Positions 55,226 through 64,000 of a stretch of 64,000 nt of DNA are shown piece by piece (positions within the stretch are counted from its first letter, which is position 1; the number at the start of each line of letters is the position of its first letter). Made by a program: the position numbers and the translations under genes. Location: assembly GCF_009914755.1 (NCBI RefSeq), contig NC_060934.1; one strand, 5' to 3'. Under the pieces are notes generated by a model. The model was given only the letters and a program-made list of their open reading frames with translations. It was not told the DNA's origin and did no database searches. Source of the stretch: the human T2T-CHM13v2.0 reference genome, Homo sapiens.

Positions 55226-56571
55226 ACGAATGATGTCTTTTATGGATCAGGGAAGTGCTAATGAGACAGAATGGCCATTGAAGCCAAAAGGTCTGAATTC
55301 AGGTAGATAATTTTACTCATATTAGTTTTAGGTTAGAGAAAACAATACTTCTGACCATATACTATTTATTGCAGTGGAGTATTTCAAAAATATGTACATA
55401 ATATATAATTAATTTTCTAATGGTATAAAAGTAATCACATTCTACAAATTATTACAATATGGTCTATTGATGAGAGGGGTGTTTCAAATGAAAAAAACTT
55501 GGAATTTCTCATGGTGATAGATGCCATAGAAAATCTATGTAAAATATTTCACTCATATATGCAATTATTGATATTTCTGCTTTTCAGAAAAATAATATAC
55601 TTTAAACACTTAATGCAGACAATTAAAATCACCAAGAAGTTACAAGAATTCACAGAATGCCTAATATAGTTGAAAGGAAATTAAGAAAACCTCCCAGGAC
55701 TGGAAGTAAATAAAGGTAATGATCCAGAGAAGTAATCAACCTAAGAGGCCAGGGCTCCACTCAGATGTGTCTGATTACAAGAATGTCAGGTCCATGTGGG
55801 TTGTTCCCTTCTGACAAGGCAAATGGAATAAACAAAGAGAAACTGCCTGCAGGCATTGGAATGCGGTGTCTCCCATATGTGAGGATTAAATTATAAATTA
55901 TGTCGCACACAAGGAGATGAGCTACTGGGGTGAAGCATCAGAAGAAATTATATGGCACATAAATCTCAGATATTGAATTTATATTTAAATGTTTAAGTCA
56001 ATATAATGGAAAAACAAGAAACCAAAATAATGTGGAAAGAAACTATGAGCTTGTCAAGCTATCTTTGGAAAAGAGGCAAATGAAAAGTAAAGTATTGAAA
56101 GGGTTGTAAAACAATTTAATGTACAACATACAAATTACATATTAAAATAGGCTGAGCCAAAAAGAGGGCTAGTAAAGTGAAATGCTGATCACAATTAATG
56201 TAGTCATATATGTTATAGAAGGCAAATTAATAGAAAATATAAATATATTTATATATGAAGATTAGATTGAGAAGAAATAAAAAGCATTTAATTGTTTTAC
56301 CAGACTCTAAATAGGAAGGCAACAAAGAATCAGTGACTTGTAAGTTTCAGAAATTGGAAACCAGACATGAAACCTTTAAAAGTTTAGGGTGTAATATATG
56401 AAAAAAAGGTAAATTTAGAAATACTTAGAAGAAATAGTGGTTTGGGTTATTTTGAATACTGCTTAATAAACATGAGAGTGCAGTTGTCTTTTTTGACATG
56501 CTTATTTTGTTTCCTTTTGATATAAACCCAGCAATGAGATTGCTGCATCATATGGTAGTTCTATTTATAAT

Positions 56572-59535
56572 TTCCCCACATTTCTGTATCCCGAGATCAT
56601 GGTCATTTTCTTGACTATCTATTCTGATCTATTCTGCCTCAGTTTCCCCCTAAGAGATCTTAGGGTCATAATCATATTGGAGGTTGATGGGCTAGGTCAC
56701 TTTTTCTGGAGCTGTTTCCTGCTGAGTGGGTGTTATTTCTGCCTAGTCTGGGCCCTAAAGTTTCTTCCTGTGTGATCTAACTGGGTGTAAACCATGTAAT
56801 TCGTGGAACCAGTGGGCAAGATGTTGGCAGCCAAATGTTGAAAGCCTTGCAAAACCATCATGCAAACATGGAGTTGCCGTAAGCAAGAGAGCAAGAAATC
56901 AGTTAACATTTTAAACAAAATTGGAACAAAAGTAAAAGCTGAAAGTATAGTAATGGCTGTTACTATTAAAGAGAGTAAGGCAGGTAATAGACATTGCTTT
57001 CATGGTCCCATGGAAGTTCATAGAGATTCAATTTTGTCTGCCTGGGTGATGATATTTTTAATATTTTCTTGGACTAAACCAGGCTGATTGATCTCAAAAA
57101 CAGCATTCTTCTTTTAGATATAAACATGTTCCTCTTTGCCCGGCTGGGAGAAGATCCCAGGCTTTTTGCTTTTGTCGGACTACAGTGGCCATGGAGTCCA
57201 GACATTGTTGAAGTCTATTGAGGCCCTCTGCTGCTTGTTGCAGACCCATTGAGGTTTTCTGAGATAGTTTATACTGGATTCCCAAGGCTCCACCTTATGG
57301 TGACATTTATGCTGCAAAAGTATTTTGCATTAAAATGGTGAAAGCAACAAACGTTTTAAGTATTTTCTATTTTTTGCTAATAAGCAAAATTTTGTGCAGC
57401 TAAGTTGGCAGCAGTCATTCGGTCCATTTATGGACGGTGCAGTTGAATGGTGGTCAAAGTTAGAGCCTGGAAGCCTTCAGTAAATGCGCTGAAGTTGTCT
57501 GAGGGCCATCAGAGTTGTTGCTTATATTGGATTAGATTATTTATTGAGAGTAGAACAAGCACTCTGATGGTCCTCTCTCCATTTGGGACTTTCTGTAAGG
57601 GGAGAAATTTCTCTGGCCCTGGATGGTGTGAAGTCCCACTTTGAGTAACTGCAGCTGGGCTGGTCTCTATTGTACCTGGCAAAGGCCGATAGAAAGGAGC
57701 ATAAGGAGGAGGTGAAACAAGCTTAGATTCTACAGAAGACTCTGATAGTGTGGGGATGCTGGGGATTCTAAAGGAGGTGTGGACCCCTGAGTGCCCCTGT
57801 CTGGAGCTGGTGTTGGGCTGTGGGGTCTGGGGTCCCTTCCCCTTAATAAGAGATGATCTTCCAATTGTTCTGAGGGGCTTTCTGGCTTACTAGGCTTTAG
57901 CCCACAGGTGCTGCATAGAGCTGGATTTTGTTGTCAGGCCAGAACGGCTTGCACATAGGGTACTTCAGACCATTTTCCCTGATTGCTACAGAAAAGATCT
58001 AGCTGTAGGATGGAGTTAAAGCTCACAGTCTCATTCTCCAGCCATGTTTTGTCAGCTAATCTGTAGGCAGGCTAAATAGTATTACAAAAGAAGATAAGGT
58101 TTTCTTTTTTCTAAGTTCATTTAGCCAAAAGCTGTTCTAATTTTTAGATATACATCCCAGGTGTGTTTCAGTGACAGTAGAGGAAGCGGCTCCCATGGTG
58201 CCGAGAGAATCCTGCAATGACAGAACATTTACTGAAGTCCAGGAGGCTGCGGGCGTCCTCATGAGCCAAGTGAAAACACCAAGGGGTCCAGCGCATCCCC
58301 TCGAAACCCCATTAACTGAAGCTCTAGGAGGTCATAGGCATTTGCTATACGCCGTCCTAGCTCCCCCAGCGGTGGACATCTCCAGCCCTACGGAGATGAC
58401 CCCCACTGCGGGCTGGGGGGCAGATGTTTGGCTGACAAGCCTTGCTCTAATTCACTGGTTTGCCATTTGTGATGCCCAGTTACAACACCTGGAATGCTCA
58501 GATGCAATCCCTACGACTTGGCATCTGCTTGACTGTGCATCTTTTGTTCAGCAAAGAAAGCCGGTTGAAGAACAATTTCAAGGAGCTGGGAAATGCATAA
58601 AGCCTGAAGGGACAGGGTTCTCTTAATGCGCTGCTCAAAACAAGACAAAAATTTTGTAAACAGAAAACCTGACCAGAAAATAAATTACAATAGCCACTAG
58701 GTGGCGATCGAGTATTGCTGAACGGACAGCAAACGACAAGCTGAGTCTAAACTGTGGCCAGAAAGATGTGAAACTGAGCGGCAAATAGCCCAAATATGAA
58801 ATGTTGAGGGCAACCCATGTGGTTAGCGTATTTATCGATACTACAGAAGCCGCAGAGAAAAGGAGAGCGGACATATATTCTCTCTCTAAAGAATGCGGGT
58901 GACTTAAAAACGTTTCCCCCAGAACTTTACTGGAACAGCGCTGGAACCAGCAGCGATAGTTAACCAGGTAGTCTGAAACTGCCATAGTATTCACTGCAAG
59001 TAAAGGGAAACTGAAATTAATGAAGCAGACAAACGTCTCCGCAGGTCATGGCACCAGAAATGTTGATGGCTGATGTAATACCTTGGTTCTTATCTTCTTA
59101 GTTTAAAAGAATTTAAACAAGAGACACACAGCAAAAGAAGTACAGCATAATTTATTGCAAAAAAAAAGAATATTTTGAAAATTAAGTGCAGAATAGACGG
59201 TACAGTCTGAGAAAGAGATTCCAGGGCAGCCTGCTCATAAAAGTGAGACAGCATTAATTATTGCTGGAGAAACCCTCTTTATGGGAGTTTTGCATGATTA
59301 TTTCATAAGAAGGTGGAAAGAAGTGTTACGGTAAGCATGTTCTGACTGGTCTTCTGGTTATACATGTGCAGTAGCTGTACATATTTGTGCATACATTGCA
59401 TGCCTCACTAGCATCTTAAATCTCCACCCAGGAATGTGTTTTTTACTATAAAAATGAACAAAGGGTCAGCTTGAGGACAGATAAAATCAAAATGCACATG
59501 CTCTGTAGAATTAAAAGTCCCTACTGAAGATAGCG
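56572..59535 (-). mobile_element. Deleted ERV1 provirus (MER66-like LTRs): 5' LTR 59061-59535, PBS, gag and env remnants, stub of 3' LTR 56572-56641
   Basis: PBS TGGTGCCATGAC.. (His-like) at 59056; gag MA-like KLIFFCNT..SILQLDLFC..GKWSEVPYVQA (about 57950-58200); env TM LDSMATVVRQ..WDLL..GTCLYLKEECCF (57094-57285); PPT-like TTAGGGGGAAAC then TGAGGCAG. Confidence 0.75.
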
Positions 59536-60339
59536 GGTTTCAAATGACCCCAAGTGCTCCACGTCTTAAAAGTTCCTCCGGTAAAGCTGGAACACTATCT
59601 GTTCCTGAGGTATCAGGTCCCATTTGTGGCTCTGAGCCACTGGCAAGCCAGGCCTGACTTGAGATGAGACCAATGATTTCAAGTGTAAAATGCCTAAATA
59701 CTCAGTAGCTTCAGGTTGCATTTTGGAGCTTGTCCACTTAAGTGGGTTGATGAAAATGGCTCCCAAGACTCACGCCTCAGAAATGGGGTTTTTTCCTTTG
59801 CTCTTAGCAGATTTTATGCAACCCAATAATTAACCTTTCTGATGCCTAGACTTTCACATTCGTGAAAAAGGCGCCATTGAAAGTGACCTTTCCAAGAAGC
59901 CACAGCCCTTGTCACCCCTGCAGAGCTCTGAAGCTGCTCACAAGCAGGCCAGGTGGAAGATTTCTCTCAAAAACGGTTGAGTGCGTGCTCTGGCTAGAGA
60001 AAAAAGAGGGCTGCGGCACAATGGACAGTGTCTTGGACATCAGGAAAGTTCTCACGCAGTTTAGGAAAGAAGGCAGCACCCTGGGCTGCAGAAGACGTAC
60101 TCCTCTGGAAAGAACCCTGGGTGCAACTGAAAGAGGAACCTGAGAAGGATAGGGCCAAGCGGGTGAGGACAACCCGCCCGATTTGGGAAAAGGTAAGGTA
60201 TCTTTGTAGGGTAATACCCTCCTCAATGCTCAGCCCAGACCTGCCCTCCAGGTGCACCTCTGTACTCACTCTCCTTGCAAAGAGTCGGCATAGCATCAGA
60301 ACTCAGCAGTGCTTTGGACACCGGGAAGTCCACACCGCT

Positions 60340-60837
60340 CTGCCCCTCCCTCCAGGGCTATGGACCCCGGATCCCGGTACATGCTGGGATTATAGCTCTG
60401 AAGCTTACCGACAAACAGGCTGAGAGTAGGTAACGGACTACAGCTCCCAGCATATTAGGTGGGGCGGGTACCACTCTGCCCCTTCTTCCAGGGCTGCGCC
60501 TCGCGCTGGAGCCTGGTGCATGCTGGGATTGTAGTCCTGTAGCCCTTTGACCAAAGGGTTGGGAGTGTTTATGAGAATGCATCTTCCAACAATCCTAGGG
60601 AGGCGCGCACAGCCCTGCCTCTTCCTCCGGTGACGCGCACTTTCCCGGAGCCCGGTGCATGCTAGGATTGTAGTGCTGCAGCCCTGTGACCAAAGGGCTG
60701 GGAGTGTTTATGAGACTGCATCTCCCAGCAAGACCAGCGAGAGGCGCGGAGCCTCGTCCCTTCCTCCAGTGATTAGCGCACTCTCCCTGAGCCTGGTGCA
60801 TGCTGGGATTGCAGTGCTGCAGCCCTGTGACCAAAGA
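60340..60837. repeat. About 140-bp tandem repeat x3.5, ACRO1-like satellite
   Basis: CATGCT(G/A)GGATT core near 60379, 60518, 60657 and 60798 (periods 139, 139, 141); resemblance to ACRO1 from memory. Confidence 0.75.
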
Positions 60838-61029
60838 GCTTTGTTATAGTTATCTGTGAAGTGTTCAACAAACTACTTTACTTCATTATTACTGGAAGCC
60901 AGAAGCTCAGTTGTGTTCACTTTTTGGATTTTATATCAGTGAGATTGTGTAATATGTATACTTTTACATCTACTTTCTTCTATGCAACATTATATTTATG
61001 ATATTCATGATATTGCAGATAGCTATAGT

Positions 61030-62220
61030 TTATTTAAAAATTATTTTTTACATTGTGGTAAAGTATACATAAAATTAGCCATTTTAGCTATTTTAAGTGT
61101 GCAGCTCAGAAAAATTAACTACTTTCACATTGTTTTGCAACTGTCATTACCACTCATAGGGACCTTCTTTCAACTTGCAGAAACAAAACTCTATACCCAT
61201 TAAATAAGCTCCTTGTTACTCCCCCTCTAGCTCCTAGGAACCACTCTTCTATTTGGGTTTCTAGAATTTAACTACTCTAAGTATCTCATAAGTGGAATGA
61301 TTCAGTATTTGTCCTTTTATGACTGGCTCATGTCACTTTGCACAATGTCCTTAAGGTTCATGCATGACGTACCATGTGTCAGAATTTCCTTATTTTACAT
61401 AACTGAATAACATTCCACTCTATGTATAAATCACATTTTATCTATTAATCATTGATGGTAATTCAAACAACAGTTGAGTAATTCAAACACCTTTTTGGTG
61501 ATGTGAGTAATGCTGCTATGAACCTAGGTGTATGTATATTATTTTGTGTCTTTGCTTTCATATCTTTTGCTGCATACCCAGATGTGAAATTGCTGGATCG
61601 TATGGTGATTTTATGTGTAAATTTTTTAGTTACTGTGTTGTTATTTTATAGCAGCTGCAGCATTTTACATTTCCACCAACAGTGTACAAGGATTCTAATT
61701 GCTCCACGTCCTCACCAACACTTCGGATTTTCTGTTTTTTTTTTTTTTCTTTTGGTAGTAGCTATGCTGATGGGTATTAAGTGATATGTCATTTGGGGTT
61801 AGATTTGCATTTCACTAATGATGAGTTTTGTTGAGTGTCTTTTCATGTGCTTATTAGCTACTTTACATAATTTTTAGAGAAATGTCTGCTTAAGTTTTTG
61901 CCAATATTTTAAACAAGTAGTTTGTTTTATTGTTGCTGAATTGTTCTTTGCATATTCTGGATAGATTCCTATTCGTCTATTTTTCTTTTGTTTCTTGTGT
62001 TGTGGGTGTCCTGTTTTAAAAAAAAAACTGCCAAATCCAGTGTTATGACGTGTTTCCCCTATATTTTATTCTAAGAATTTTGTAGTTTTAGCTCTTACAT
62101 TTAGGTATTTGATCCAGTTAGTTAATTTTTTCTTACAGTATAAGTGAAGGGCCCAGGTTCATTCTTTTACATGTGGGTACCTAATTTCCCCAGCACCAGT
62201 TGTTGTGAAGACAGTTCTTG
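61030..62220 (-). mobile_element. L1MB-type 3' end (antisense)
   Basis: CATTGTGGTAAAGTATACATAAAATT..CCATTTT, CTCATAAGTGGAAT, CATTTCCACCAACAGTGTACAAGG. Confidence 0.85.
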
Positions 62221-62313
62221 GCTGGGCACGATGGCTCACACCTGTAATCCCAGCACTTTGGGAGGCCGAGGCGGGCGGATCACAAGGTCAGGAGATCAAG
62301 ACCATCCTGGCTA
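62220..62313 (+). mobile_element. Alu left-arm fragment (Y/Sc-like)
   Basis: GGCTGGGCACGATGGCTCAC...GGAGATCAAGACCATCCTGGCTA, truncated. Confidence 0.9.
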
Positions 62314-62660
62314 GCAAGGTGTCCGCTCTGCTCCTGATCCAGCGAGGCATCCATTGCCACTCCCGATCGGGCTAAAGGCTTGCCATTGTTCCTGCACAGC
62401 TAAGCGCCTGGGTTCATCCTAATCAAGCTGAACACTAGTCACTGGGTTCCACGGTTCTCTTCCGTGACCCACAGCTTCTAATAGAGCTATAACACTCACC
62501 GCATGGCTCAAGATTCCATTCCTTGGAATCCGTGAGGCCAAGAGCCCCAGGTCAGAGAACAGGAGGCTTGCCACCATCTTGGAAGTGGTCTGCCAAAATT
62601 ATGGAAGTGGCCCGCCACCATCTTGGGCGCTCTGGGAGCAAAGACCGCCCCATGGTAACA
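62314..62660 (+). mobile_element. LTR17 (HERV-W) U5 fragment
   Basis: GTGTCCGCTCTGCTCCTGATCCAGCGAGG..GGGCTAAAGGCTTGCCATTGTTCCTGCA...GCCACCATCTTGG...GGTAACA. Confidence 0.85.
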
Positions 62661-62961
62661 GCACCTTAACTGTGTGTCCCCAAGGACCTACAGATCACAG
62701 GGCAACAGGGGCTGTGAGGGAGTTGTCTGGATTTCCCAAGGTGGAGGAGGCGAAAGAGGAGATGGATCCCAAGCTCCTGCACCAGCACCAGCGAGAGACA
62801 AAGGCCCCGCCAAACGCCGGAAGCCACGCCCTCCTCTCTTCTCAAACTGTGCGCCCGATTGGGTGGTTCCCACACCAGCGCCACTGATTGAATAAAACGC
62901 CAGGACCCACCCATCCGCACCCCACCCCGGCCCCTGCCCCACTCACCCTGAGCGTTAGTGT

Positions 62962-64000
<1,039 letters not shown>

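Overview
Primate (almost certainly human) subtelomeric DNA, roughly two-thirds transposon-derived. An intact 4-exon, 278-codon FRG2-family gene, an inverted D4Z4-like fragment cut off before the DUX ORF, and processed RARRES2 and AGGF1 pseudogenes identify the FSHD-related 4q35/10q26 duplicated block. The missing DUXc ORF and the FRG2B-type residues point to the 10q26.3 copy, with the homology breakpoint near 33990. Left of it lie old L1 with Alu/MLT2/ERV1 insertions, a deleted HERV-K(HML-6)-type provirus with an LTR5A nested in its 3' LTR, and a 5.7-kb diverged 34-bp satellite with ~2-kb higher-order repeats and two E-boxes per unit. Right of it lie FRG2B, L1s, two retrocopies, a MER66-like ERV1 relic, an ACRO1-like repeat and an Alu/LTR17 chimera. 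I found no convincing new protein-coding system. The least-explained signals are the E-box satellite, a 64-bp templated copy of it, local AT-to-GC substitution bias, and a retrocopy with an unusually long 5' end. Repeat subfamily names and parental sequences are from memory, not from a search; most repeat boundaries are approximate.
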